Origin: Wolbachia endosymbiont of Cimex lectularius
Lineage (GTDB): Bacteria > Pseudomonadota > Alphaproteobacteria > Rickettsiales > Anaplasmataceae
Assembly (NCBI RefSeq): GCF_000829315.1
Contig: NZ_AP013028.1
Span: 150,001-182,000 of the forward strand
Direction of reading: 5' to 3'
DNA: 32,000 nucleotides
The translations under genes and the position numbers were made by a program. Below are positions 8,900-17,365 of the stretch, piece by piece. The first letter of the stretch is position 1; every line of letters begins with the position of its first letter. Below the pieces are notes generated by a model that ran no database searches, had not been told where the DNA came from, and was given only the letters and a program-made list of their open reading frames with translations.

Positions 8900-10435
8900 A
8901 TGGAGCAATTTGGAAACTTTTACATCACTACGCCAATATATTACGTAAACGACAAACCTCACATTGGTCACGCATACACCTCCCTTTTGTGCGATGTAGT
9001 GGCAAGGTTTATGAGACTTGCTGGAAAGAACATCAAATTTACTACCGGTACAGATGAGCACGGGCAAAAAATCGAGAAAGCAGCCAAAGCACGGGGAATG
9101 CAGCCAAAGGAATTTACAGATGAAGTAAGCGTTTCATTTAGGGAATTAGCTAAGTCCATGAATTTTCAATATGATGATTTTATCCGCACTACGGAAGAAC
9201 GTCACGAAAAAGCAGTAATAGCTCTATGGAATAGGCTTGAAGAGAGAGGACAAATATATCTGGATTCTTATTCAGGTTGGTATTCAGTCCGTGATGAAGC
9301 ATTTTATCAGGAGTCAGAGTTGATAGATGGCAAAGCACCAACAGGCGCGGAAGTTCAGTGGATAAAAGAAGAAAGCTACTTTTTTCGTTTGTCGAATTGG
9401 CAAGACAAATTACTGGAGTTATATGAAAATCAGGCAAATTTTATCTTTCCTGAGAGTAGAAAAAATGAAGTGGTATCGTTTGTAAGGTCAGGACTCACTG
9501 ACCTTTCAATCTCTCGCACTAGCTTTAATTGGGGGATAAAAGTGCCAGGCAATGACAAACACGTAATCTATGTCTGGATTGATGCACTCACTAATTACCT
9601 CACGTCAGTAGGCTTTCCTGGTACTGAAGGTGAAGAATATAAGAGGTTTTGGGCAAATGACAGCTCTTCCAATGTTCATGTAATCGGTAAAGACATACTG
9701 CGCTTTCACGCCGTATATTGGCCGGCGATTCTCCTTGCAGCAGATTTGCCGCTGCCAAAGCAAATTGCGGTTCATGGTTGGTGGCTCAGCGAGGGGGAAA
9801 AAATATCCAAGTCTCTTGGCAATGTCATAGATCCAATTGGCTTGGCTAAAGAGTTTGGCGTTGATCAGCTACGCTATTTTCTCCTTCGGGAAGCAAGTTT
9901 TGGCCAGGATGGCAACTTTAGCAAGAAAAATATGATCAGCCGAATAAATTCAGAACTGGCAAACAATATAGGCAATTTAGTGCAAAGAACAATTTCATTT
10001 TTACACAAACAATGCTCGGGAATTGTACCAACAGTTGATCAAAGCCTACTTAAAGACGAGGAAAGTCTTCCAAATTGCGAAGCTATACTTGATAAAGCGA
10101 CGGATCATCTATCAAAGTACGAGTTTAACCAGATTATACTTTTAATTATCAACATCTCCTCTGAAGCCAACGCTTATATAGATAAAAGTGCACCCTGGAC
10201 ATTAAGTAAAACCGATAGAGAGCGCATGAATTTAGTAATCTACAAATTGCTCGAATATATCAGGATAATTGGCATTCTGTTGCAGCCAATTGTCCCAAGG
10301 TCAGCAGAAATGATACTCGATCAATTACAAATTCCAAAAGAACAACGAGATTTAAAATCTCTGTGCAACGCGTGCGTAAGCTTAGGTATTACACTACTTA
10401 GACCTACGCTGGTTTTTTTGAGGGTTGATGTGTAG
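8900..10435 (+). CDS. metG: Methionyl-tRNA synthetase
   Basis: FYITTPIYYVNDKPHIGHAYTSLLCDVVARF, TGTDEHGQKIEKAA, HGWWLSEGEKISKSLGNVIDP (KISKS). Confidence 0.96.
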   Translation: MEQFGNFYITTPIYYVNDKPHIGHAYTSLLCDVVARFMRLAGKNIKFTTGTDEHGQKIEKAAKARGMQPKEFTDEVSVSFRELAKSMNFQYDDFIRTTEERHEKAVIALWNRLEERGQIYLDSYSGWYSVRDEAFYQESELIDGKAPTGAEVQWIKEESYFFRLSNWQDKLLELYENQANFIFPESRKNEVVSFVRSGLTDLSISRTSFNWGIKVPGNDKHVIYVWIDALTNYLTSVGFPGTEGEEYKRFWANDSSSNVHVIGKDILRFHAVYWPAILLAADLPLPKQIAVHGWWLSEGEKISKSLGNVIDPIGLAKEFGVDQLRYFLLREASFGQDGNFSKKNMISRINSELANNIGNLVQRTISFLHKQCSGIVPTVDQSLLKDEESLPNCEAILDKATDHLSKYEFNQIILLIINISSEANAYIDKSAPWTLSKTDRERMNLVIYKLLEYIRIIGILLQPIVPRSAEMILDQLQIPKEQRDLKSLCNACVSLGITLLRPTLVFLRVDV

Positions 10436-10447
10436 AGTATGCAAAAA

Positions 10448-10912
10448 CTAACTGCCTCTAGCAGGAAACAGGGTTGGTAATGCCTGCTTAACAGGACCTG
10501 TTATATTGATAGTTGGTGATCCTTGCACTTCTTTCTCAGCTAACTGTTTTTTCAGTTCATCAACCTCATTTTCTAGCTTAGAAATCCTATTGTTTCTTTC
10601 CTCACCCAACCGCTCTTCCAGGCTAGAAGTTTCAGCATTTTTACCTTCTATTTCTTTCTCTTGATTAGCTAGTTGAGCATCTTTCTCAGAAATGGTGTTG
10701 TTTTTACTAATTACTGCGCATAAGAGTTCAGTAATTATTATAGTGGAAAGTACAGCACAACCAATAATACAACCAACGAAGAAGTTAGCACTGCAACATG
10801 CAAAAACGACATGAGGAGCTACGAAAAATGCTGCTGGCATCAATGAAGCTAAAGTAGCTAGAGTACCAGCCACAAGATAAGGTGCGTTAGTTTTATTAAA
10901 TATGTTTTTCAT
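10448..10912 (-). CDS. Hypothetical two-TM protein with C-terminal coiled coil (probable start MKNIFNKTN)
   Basis: ORF 10448..10957; hydrophobic pair followed by heptad-like ISEKDAQLANQEKEIEGKNAETSSLEERLGEERNNRISKLENEVDELKKQLAEKE. Confidence 0.65.
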   Translation of the reverse strand: MKNIFNKTNAPYLVAGTLATLASLMPAAFFVAPHVVFACCSANFFVGCIIGCAVLSTIIITELLCAVISKNNTISEKDAQLANQEKEIEGKNAETSSLEERLGEERNNRISKLENEVDELKKQLAEKEVQGSPTINITGPVKQALPTLFPARGS

Positions 10913-11025
10913 TATATACCTCACTAGAATTAATTTATTATTAAGGTTATAGCACAAATAAAGAGATATGTTAACTTTATTAATGAATCATAGTAAGGAT
11001 AGCATTGATAAAAGATTGCTGAAAG

Positions 11026-12477
11026 CTATGAACTGTTCCTCTCCGTGTAATCTTTGAATGCGCCTCTGCTGGAGTCAAAATATAGCTTTACACTGCCAAT
11101 TGGTCCGTTTCTTTGTTTTGCAATAATGAGTTCTGCAATATTTCTAATTTTTTCCATCTTCTCTTGCCATTCTCGATGTTTATTGCTTCCTTCACTTGGC
11201 TGCTTTCTTAGCTCATAATATTCTTCTCTGTAGAGGAACATTACTATATCTGCATCTTGCTCTATGCTTCCTGAATCGCGCAAATCAGCAAGTTGTGGTT
11301 TTTTATCGTCTCTTTGCTCAACAGAGCGGGAGAGCTGCGATAGTGCAACAATGGGAATATTTAGCTCCTTTGCAATTGCTTTCAAACCCTGCGTCACTTC
11401 CGAGATTTCTTGCACTCTATTTTCATTACTTCTTTTTGTTGTTCCTCTGATTAACTGCAGATAATCGATAAATACCACTTCTACATTATATAATTGATAC
11501 AACAGACGTATTCTATTACGAAGAGCACTAATTGACAGCGCAGGAGTGTCATCTATGATAAAAGGCAACTCAGACAATTCTGTACTAGCATTAATGAATT
11601 CATGCAATTCAAAATCACTAATTCTTCCGGTCAGTGCCTTATAATAACTAATTCCCGAATCTATAGTGATCAATCTTGCAGTTAATTGCTCCGCTGACAT
11701 TTCAAGCGAGAAAAACGCTACGCAGTGTTGTTTATCTGCTCTTTTTTGTAAAACCTTACAAGCATTAAGGGCAATGTTCAGTGCCAGTGCTGTTTTACCC
11801 ATAGAAGGCCTTGCAGCTAGAATTAACAGGTCAGATTTCTGCAGACCACCAAGAAGCTGATTTAGGTCTTGGAGTCCGGTTGTAATGCCCAGCGCTTCTG
11901 GATTATTTTTCAGCGTGCTTATTTTTTCAACTACATCTTTAACTGAGCTTGCAAGCTTTATATACGTCTTCTCGCCTTGCTTTTTTACTGCTAAGTTGAA
12001 CAACTTGGTCATTGCTTGTTCAATTTGCGCCTGTGCAGGGTTTTCGATGTCATAGCTGTAACTATCATCAACTATCTCCTGCCCAAGCTTGATTAAGCAT
12101 CTCCTTAAGTAAGTATCACGGATTATTCTAGTCAAGCTATAGATATCAAGCGCAATACTCGCCTTCGCTGCGAGCTTTGCAAGATATTCAACTCCACCGC
12201 ACTTGGTAAATGCTTCGTCGTTCTCAAAAAACATTTTGAGGCTCAGTTCATTAGCAACTATGCCGTGTTTTCTGGTTTTAGATATCTGCGTAAAAATGCT
12301 TTGATGCAGTGGATCATAAAAATTGTCTGCTGTGATCATATCTTCGACTGCGTCACAAATTCTATTATCACGAATCATTGCACCGATGAGCATTTGCTCC
12401 GCTTCTAAGTTATGTGGTAATTTGCATATTTCTTTATCTACGTTTCTTGAATCGATGAGATTAGCTAATTCATTCAT
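11026..12477 (-). CDS. dnaB: Replicative DNA helicase DnaB
   Basis: LPHNLEAEQMLIGAMIRDN; Walker A AARPSMGKTALALNIA; VEVVFIDYLQLIRG; ALSQLSRSVEQRDDKKPQLADLRDSGSIEQDADIVMFLYR. Confidence 0.97.
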   Translation of the reverse strand: MNELANLIDSRNVDKEICKLPHNLEAEQMLIGAMIRDNRICDAVEDMITADNFYDPLHQSIFTQISKTRKHGIVANELSLKMFFENDEAFTKCGGVEYLAKLAAKASIALDIYSLTRIIRDTYLRRCLIKLGQEIVDDSYSYDIENPAQAQIEQAMTKLFNLAVKKQGEKTYIKLASSVKDVVEKISTLKNNPEALGITTGLQDLNQLLGGLQKSDLLILAARPSMGKTALALNIALNACKVLQKRADKQHCVAFFSLEMSAEQLTARLITIDSGISYYKALTGRISDFELHEFINASTELSELPFIIDDTPALSISALRNRIRLLYQLYNVEVVFIDYLQLIRGTTKRSNENRVQEISEVTQGLKAIAKELNIPIVALSQLSRSVEQRDDKKPQLADLRDSGSIEQDADIVMFLYREEYYELRKQPSEGSNKHREWQEKMEKIRNIAELIIAKQRNGPIGSVKLYFDSSRGAFKDYTERNSS

Positions 12478-12590
12478 TCCAAATTTTTAGAGTAACTATC
12501 GATTATTGTAGAATATTTAGTCCTCATTTGAAAGATGTAAAGGTAAAAAAATTTGACTAATTTCGTGTTGCCTATAGCATTGAAACTTAA

Positions 12591-12673
12591 GCCCCTGTGG
12601 TGGAATGGTAGACACGGCAGACTCAAAATCTGTTGCTTGCAAAAGCATGCTGGTTCAAGTCCGGCCAGGGGCA
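12591..12673 (+). tRNA. tRNA-Leu (anticodon CAA)
   Basis: Acceptor GCCCCTG/CAGGGGC plus discriminator A; anticodon stem GCAGA/TCTGT with loop CTCAAAA (anticodon CAA); long class-II variable arm; T-arm CTGGTTCAAGTCCGG-like. No encoded CCA. Confidence 0.93.
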
Positions 12674-12694
12674 CTCAAATGTTGGAAAGTGCTT

Positions 12695-13303
12695 ATGTTA
12701 CATAGATTTTTTGATCGCTTATTTTCTATTCTCTCTTCTATGAATGCTATTCAAAAGGTGAAAAAGGATGAAAGTGGAATATGCTATGTAACGGGATTTA
12801 GGCGCTATATATCGGTATTGCTTGATTTAATTATTATCGTTTTGTTCTTACAGTTCTGCAGCCTGGCCGCAAATCAGCTCTTTACAAACTCAGAAGACAG
12901 AAAAATATTGAGCGACATAGGTGCAAAATATCTGGTGCAAACGCCACTTTCTGCGGAAGAAAGGGCAACACAGAGCAAACTTGTTAAATTAATGGTTCTA
13001 AATCAAATAGTCCAATTTATTATACTATTTAGCTATGTTGCATATATGTGGATAAGGTTCGCTGCTACGCCTGGAAAACTACTACTTGGGCTCAGAATTG
13101 TGGATGAACAGACTTTTGGAAAAATGACCCTAAAACAAGCAACGAAGAGGTTTTTCTCCTTTATATTGTCAGTTGCTCCATTATTTTTGGGTTTTATATG
13201 GTCAAATTTCGACAAACGCTGCCAAACTTGGCACGATAAGATCGCAGGCACAGTGGTTGTCACGAGCAAAAGCCTTAGAAGACAGGACCAAAAAACTACT
13301 TGA
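12695..13303 (+). CDS. RDD family membrane protein (the longer ORF from 12605 would overlap the tRNA)
   Basis: FRRYISVLLDLIIIVLFLQF...TPGKLLLGLRIVDEQTFGKMTLKQATKRFFSF...RCQTWHDKIAGTVVV. Confidence 0.85.
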   Translation: MLHRFFDRLFSILSSMNAIQKVKKDESGICYVTGFRRYISVLLDLIIIVLFLQFCSLAANQLFTNSEDRKILSDIGAKYLVQTPLSAEERATQSKLVKLMVLNQIVQFIILFSYVAYMWIRFAATPGKLLLGLRIVDEQTFGKMTLKQATKRFFSFILSVAPLFLGFIWSNFDKRCQTWHDKIAGTVVVTSKSLRRQDQKTT

Positions 13304-13567
13304 CAAACTTTGCCAGTCCCCTTACAATAGAGTTGTGGGTGTTTTAGGCCTAAAATTTATCTTTAATCTTTGTATTAAGTGACAAAAGCACAGTATAAAA
13401 CAAGGCGTGTTATGTTTAATTTTTGCAGCATGGACACTGCATGTCTTTATAAATTTTTGTCTACATTAGCTGAGCCCCGCTTACTAAGCGGTGTAAGAGA
13501 GAATCGGACACCAAGTTTTTGAGAGAACAGTAAACAACTCACGTTGCGGGGTTTTTTTTGTCTTTTT
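13300..13567 (+). repeat. Dispersed intergenic element, copy A, with promoter TTGACA(13300..13305)-N17-TACAAT(13323..13328)
   Basis: Nearly identical to 26692..26928 apart from an approximately 34-nt insertion; hairpin CCGCTT-ACT-AAGCGG; ends GCGGGGTTTTTTTTGTCTTTTTTTT. Confidence 0.8.
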
Positions 13568-13619
13568 TTTAAATTAGTTAAAAATTTAACCAATCTCATT
13601 TTTTTCACAAAAAAATTGC

Positions 13620-13775
13620 TTGACAAGTTTTGACGTTTCCCTTATCATAAATTATGGGTATTTACAACCCCAAGGTCAGCTACTTGTCAAGCGTATAGAG
13701 CATTAACGCCAAGTTATTAAAATAGATATTGATCAGGGCTTCTTTTGCTTTTTTTTCCGCTTGGTAAGTTTCTTA
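13620..13775 (+). repeat. Related element copy F, promoter TTGACA(13620..13625)-N17-TATCAT(13643..13648) plus 3' module
   Basis: ACGCCAAGTTATTAAAATAGATATTGATCAGGGCTTCTTTTGCTTTTTTTTCCGCTTGGTAAGTTTCTTAA matches the 3' module of the other copies. Confidence 0.65.
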
Positions 13776-13784
13776 ATGTTTAAG

Positions 13785-16700
13785 CTAAAAATCAGATTGC
13801 AGGGTCAAGTTTTCCACCCAAATGACCACGCACTCTATCTGCTTGTTTGGATATATTTCTTGCACTAAGGTTTTATAGATCGACATTTGCTTTTTTATTT
13901 CATTTAACGAGGAAGCAGAAACACTGCAGTGTGATTTATAATCAATTATGATTACTTTATCTTGCGTTATACACAGCCTATCTAGCCGTACTAATATCGG
14001 CTCTCCGTCAATTGTTCCACTTAGTGTAATTTCTGATTTGCCTTCTAAATCGAATAGGTAATCATATTTTTCATTAAAGGCTAATATTTTATTGTAAATT
14101 TCATCTTTATCTTCCCTGCTGTTCATATTATCGAGATATTTTCTTACCCAAATTTTTCTCCTGTCTTTCTCTATCTTAGGCATATACTGCAATATGCTGT
14201 GGATTATTAGGCCTCTTGCATAGCCATCTGTTATTCCAGCACTTATCATCCCAGTGCTCCTTTTTTTGTCATCCCAGTGCTCCGACACTGGGATCCATTC
14301 TTTTTTTTCACCGGATTCCAGCATCAAGTGCTGGAATGACAAAGGGGAATGCTGGGATGATACCGGAGGGTGAGTAGTTGATGCTGGTGTTCCTTCTTTT
14401 TCCTGGATTCCAGTGTCAGCTACTTGGATGACAAAGGGGGGTGCTGGTTCTCCTTCTTTTTTACTGGATCCCAGTGTCGGAGCACTGGGATGACAAGAAA
14501 AGGAGGCACTGGGATGGCAGGAGAAGGGGTGCTGGGATGACATTGATAGGTTTGGTGGAGGGGAAATTACTGGAACATCAAAATAATCACGTTTTTTATA
14601 AACAGAGGGGTAATTTGCATTTACACACAGTACTTCAACCCTTTCTTTAAATATTGGACGTAAATCTGCTTGTTTTTTCTCATATGGTTCCCCGTGCCTA
14701 GTAATTATATCATACCAAGAGTTCTTTTGTACTGGCTCTTTACCTAAAATGTATAACTCATCTTCAGCACGCGTGAGTGCTACATATAGCAAACGCAAAT
14801 ATTCATTATAATCCTCTAGTTTTTTCTCTCTTTTTACTTGATCACAATAAGCGTTATCGTTTTTTCCACACCAAAATGGTGCTTCCATTGCATCAAAAAC
14901 AATGCTTTCACTGTTTCTTGGCACTGTGTTTGTATCAACCAAAAACACTATAGGAACTTGTAGACCTTTTGATTTATGAATTGTCATTATTCGTACAGCA
15001 TTGCGTTCTGATTGCATATCGTTTTTAATCTCCAGATTATTCTCCTTGATCCACTGAACAAATGCTTGAAGAGATGGGTTTTCAAATTGCAGCACAAGGT
15101 TCATAAATTCATCTAAGATCTCAAAGCACTCAAGACCTAGCCTTGCAGCAAATTTCTTCTTGCCTGTGCGCAATACATGCGTGAATAATGTAAGAGAGGA
15201 CTCTGCACGGGATAAGTCAATGAGATAATTTAATTCACTATAGATGACCTCACAATAATCCTGAAGTCTTTTCCATAATGACTGTTCTTTACGGTCGTGT
15301 GCAATATTGAATAAATCATCCTCAGTGAAATTAAATAGAGGTGATTTTAAAACATTCGCAAGAGCCAAATCGTTTGTCGGCAGGAGTAAAAATTCAGCTA
15401 AAGCTATCAAGTCCTGCACAGCTATATAGTCCATGATTCTGAAATAGTCCCGTCCTATAACCGGTACGTTTGCTTTTTTAAGTTCGCTTATTACGTAGTC
15501 AACTAATACGTTTCTTTGCCGTACCAGGATCATAATGTCCCTTGGTTCTATATGACGATCTTTAGCGACTAAAATCCGTCCTTCATTTAACCAATTGCGA
15601 ACTCTGTGGGCTATTGCCTGAGCGAGCAACCGCTCTGCTATTACATGATCTTTTCTCTGTGCTAAATGAATTTGTAAGGCTTGCTGCTTTTCCTCTTTAC
15701 ATCTTGGTAGTAATGGCCAAATTTCAATGTATCCTTGATCGTTTTCTCTATGAGGAATATGTTTTATTTCACTATCGACAAAAGATATCTCTTCACGAAA
15801 GTTGTTAAATAATCTGTCTACAAGTGCTAGAATGTGCGGAGTAGAACGAAATGATTTTTCAAGTTGACATGATATCCACTCTCTGCCGCCGGTTTTTGTG
15901 TGAAAGTATTGTTGCATGTAGTTGAATAGGTGAGGATTTGCTCCTTGGAATCTGTAAATAGATTGTTTTACGTCACCAACAACAAACAAGGTTCGCTTTT
16001 CATCACCATCGGTAAAAAATTCATCACAGAGATTTGTTATAATTTTCCACTGACTGATACTATTGTCTTGCGCCTCATCAACGAGGATATGGTCTATTTT
16101 TTGATCTAAGTTAAACAACACCCAATCTTTATAATCTGGGTTGCCAAGAAGATTTGTTGCTAAATGGATTATATCATTGTAGTCAAGCAGTGCATTCTTT
16201 GATTTTTCACTATTATATAAATCAGCATACACTTTAAATATTTTGAGTAAACTACTGGTTCTCTTGAATATTTGATAAGAATTCACATCTCTCACATGAG
16301 TAAATACTACATTTTGGATATTTTCTATGATCTGTTCTGCATCTCCGAATTTTTCCAAAGTACCCTTTGTTATGATGGATGATATGCTTTTTTTTTCGTT
16401 TGATTCTGATTTTAGAAATACTTTGATTAGGTTTTCTATATTGGTGTCATCCAAGTAGTTGACGCTGGGATCCATATTTCTTTTTTTCTGGCTTCCAGCG
16501 TCACGCGCTGGAATGACAGATGGTTTACACCAATCGTAGAGCATTGTACTGTAACTTTGATCTCTTTTGCTGCCCTCACTTAGTATTTCAGCCAATCTTT
16601 CCACGTGCTCAATCGTTTCACTTTGTAACCCATGAATTTTATATGGGGCACTCAGCTTACCTTTGATATACTCCAAATCATCTGCTGATAACGGTCTTTT

Positions 16701-17285
16701 TACGCACAAAGTATAAAGCAGGTCGCGTAGTTTGTTTTCATCAACCTCGGCTGCGATGAGGTTAATATCATCCTGCACAGTTTCGTTATGAAGTGTTTTA
16801 TCAAATATGATGGAATGTAATTCTTTGCATTCGCTCAGCGTACAACTTGGAGCGATGCCAGCCTCCACAGGGAAGCTAGAAATTAATTTGTAACAAAAAG
16901 CATGTATGGTCTGGATAGTTAAACCCAGATTTTCCAGTTCAGAGAAAAGCCTTCTTGCTTGACCTTCGTTTTCTCTAGATCCCAGTGTTGTGCTACTTGG
17001 ATGACAAAAAGACGGACTTTGGAATGACATCAAAGAGAGGCCAAATTGCTCTAAGTCTGCTGCCAGCACACTTCCTGAGCATATTGCCCACTTACTGAGT
17101 GTACTGTGAATGCGACTTTCCATCTCGTTTGCTGCAGCATTGGTAAATGTTAAGCAGAGAATATTCCTTTTGTTTTCCAATAAAAGTCTTAATACTCTAT
17201 CTATTAAGATTTTGGTTTTGCCTGTGCCAGCAGACGCGTTTACCCACACAGAGAGGCTAGGATTTATTGCATTTAATCTCATCAA
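13785..17285 (-). CDS. addA: Double-strand break repair helicase/nuclease AddA-type (UvrD/RecB superfamily)
   Basis: VNASAGTGKTKILIDRVLRLL (Walker A), ILCLTFTNAAANEME, LVDEAQDNSISQW, VKQSIYRFQGANP, IMTIHKSKGLQVPIVFLVD, LLYVALTRAEDELYI; C-terminal RecB-type nuclease sequence DRLCITQDKVIIIDYKS. Confidence 0.93.
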   Translation of the reverse strand: MMRLNAINPSLSVWVNASAGTGKTKILIDRVLRLLLENKRNILCLTFTNAAANEMESRIHSTLSKWAICSGSVLAADLEQFGLSLMSFQSPSFCHPSSTTLGSRENEGQARRLFSELENLGLTIQTIHAFCYKLISSFPVEAGIAPSCTLSECKELHSIIFDKTLHNETVQDDINLIAAEVDENKLRDLLYTLCVKRPLSADDLEYIKGKLSAPYKIHGLQSETIEHVERLAEILSEGSKRDQSYSTMLYDWCKPSVIPARDAGSQKKRNMDPSVNYLDDTNIENLIKVFLKSESNEKKSISSIITKGTLEKFGDAEQIIENIQNVVFTHVRDVNSYQIFKRTSSLLKIFKVYADLYNSEKSKNALLDYNDIIHLATNLLGNPDYKDWVLFNLDQKIDHILVDEAQDNSISQWKIITNLCDEFFTDGDEKRTLFVVGDVKQSIYRFQGANPHLFNYMQQYFHTKTGGREWISCQLEKSFRSTPHILALVDRLFNNFREEISFVDSEIKHIPHRENDQGYIEIWPLLPRCKEEKQQALQIHLAQRKDHVIAERLLAQAIAHRVRNWLNEGRILVAKDRHIEPRDIMILVRQRNVLVDYVISELKKANVPVIGRDYFRIMDYIAVQDLIALAEFLLLPTNDLALANVLKSPLFNFTEDDLFNIAHDRKEQSLWKRLQDYCEVIYSELNYLIDLSRAESSLTLFTHVLRTGKKKFAARLGLECFEILDEFMNLVLQFENPSLQAFVQWIKENNLEIKNDMQSERNAVRIMTIHKSKGLQVPIVFLVDTNTVPRNSESIVFDAMEAPFWCGKNDNAYCDQVKREKKLEDYNEYLRLLYVALTRAEDELYILGKEPVQKNSWYDIITRHGEPYEKKQADLRPIFKERVEVLCVNANYPSVYKKRDYFDVPVISPPPNLSMSSQHPFSCHPSASFSCHPSAPTLGSSKKEGEPAPPFVIQVADTGIQEKEGTPASTTHPPVSSQHSPLSFQHLMLESGEKKEWIPVSEHWDDKKRSTGMISAGITDGYARGLIIHSILQYMPKIEKDRRKIWVRKYLDNMNSREDKDEIYNKILAFNEKYDYLFDLEGKSEITLSGTIDGEPILVRLDRLCITQDKVIIIDYKSHCSVSASSLNEIKKQMSIYKTLVQEIYPNKQIECVVIWVENLTLQSDF
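14237..14541. repeat. Cluster of palindromic repeats carried in-frame inside addA
   Basis: Multiple units such as CCCAGTGctccgaCACTGGG, CCAGCAtcaagTGCTGG, CCCAGTGtcggagCACTGGG flanked by GTCAT/ATGAC and GGAT; encode low-complexity PPPVSSQHSP-like and HPSAPTLGSS-like peptide. Confidence 0.8.
16446..16520. repeat. Palindromic repeat unit in-frame inside addA
   Basis: GTCATCCAAGTAGTTGACGCTGGGATCC followed by TTCCAGCG-tcac-GCGCTGGAA TGAC; encodes VIPARDAGSQKKRNMDPSVNYLDDT. Confidence 0.75.
16979..17027. repeat. Palindromic repeat unit in-frame inside addA
   Basis: GATCCCAGTGTTGTGCTACTTGGATGAC...GGAATGAC; encodes SFCHPSSTTLGSRE. Confidence 0.65.
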
Positions 17286-17365
17286 AAATATAAAAATCGT
17301 ATAAAATTTGACTAAAATGGCATTATAAAATATAATGTGAAAGTAGTATTAGTGAAGATATACAA

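Noticed and set aside
12605-12694. N-terminal extension of the RDD ORF (MVDTADSKSVACKSML...)
   Set aside because: This stretch is the tRNA-Leu(CAA) gene; the ATG at 12695 is a more plausible start.
13300-13780. Elements A/F as 6S RNA, tmRNA or SRP RNA
   Set aside because: No recognisable canonical signature of these RNAs, and the sequence is multicopy; Rfam cmscan would be needed to settle it.
14237-14541. CRISPR-like array or frameshift hotspot inside addA
   Set aside because: No regular repeat-spacer pattern; the reading frame is maintained throughout, so treated as in-frame palindromic insertions.
14441-14650. Plus-strand ORFs over addA (14441..14650, 15614..15808, 17110..17304) as separate genes
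   Set aside because: Short, antisense to a well-supported long CDS, no recognisable similarity.
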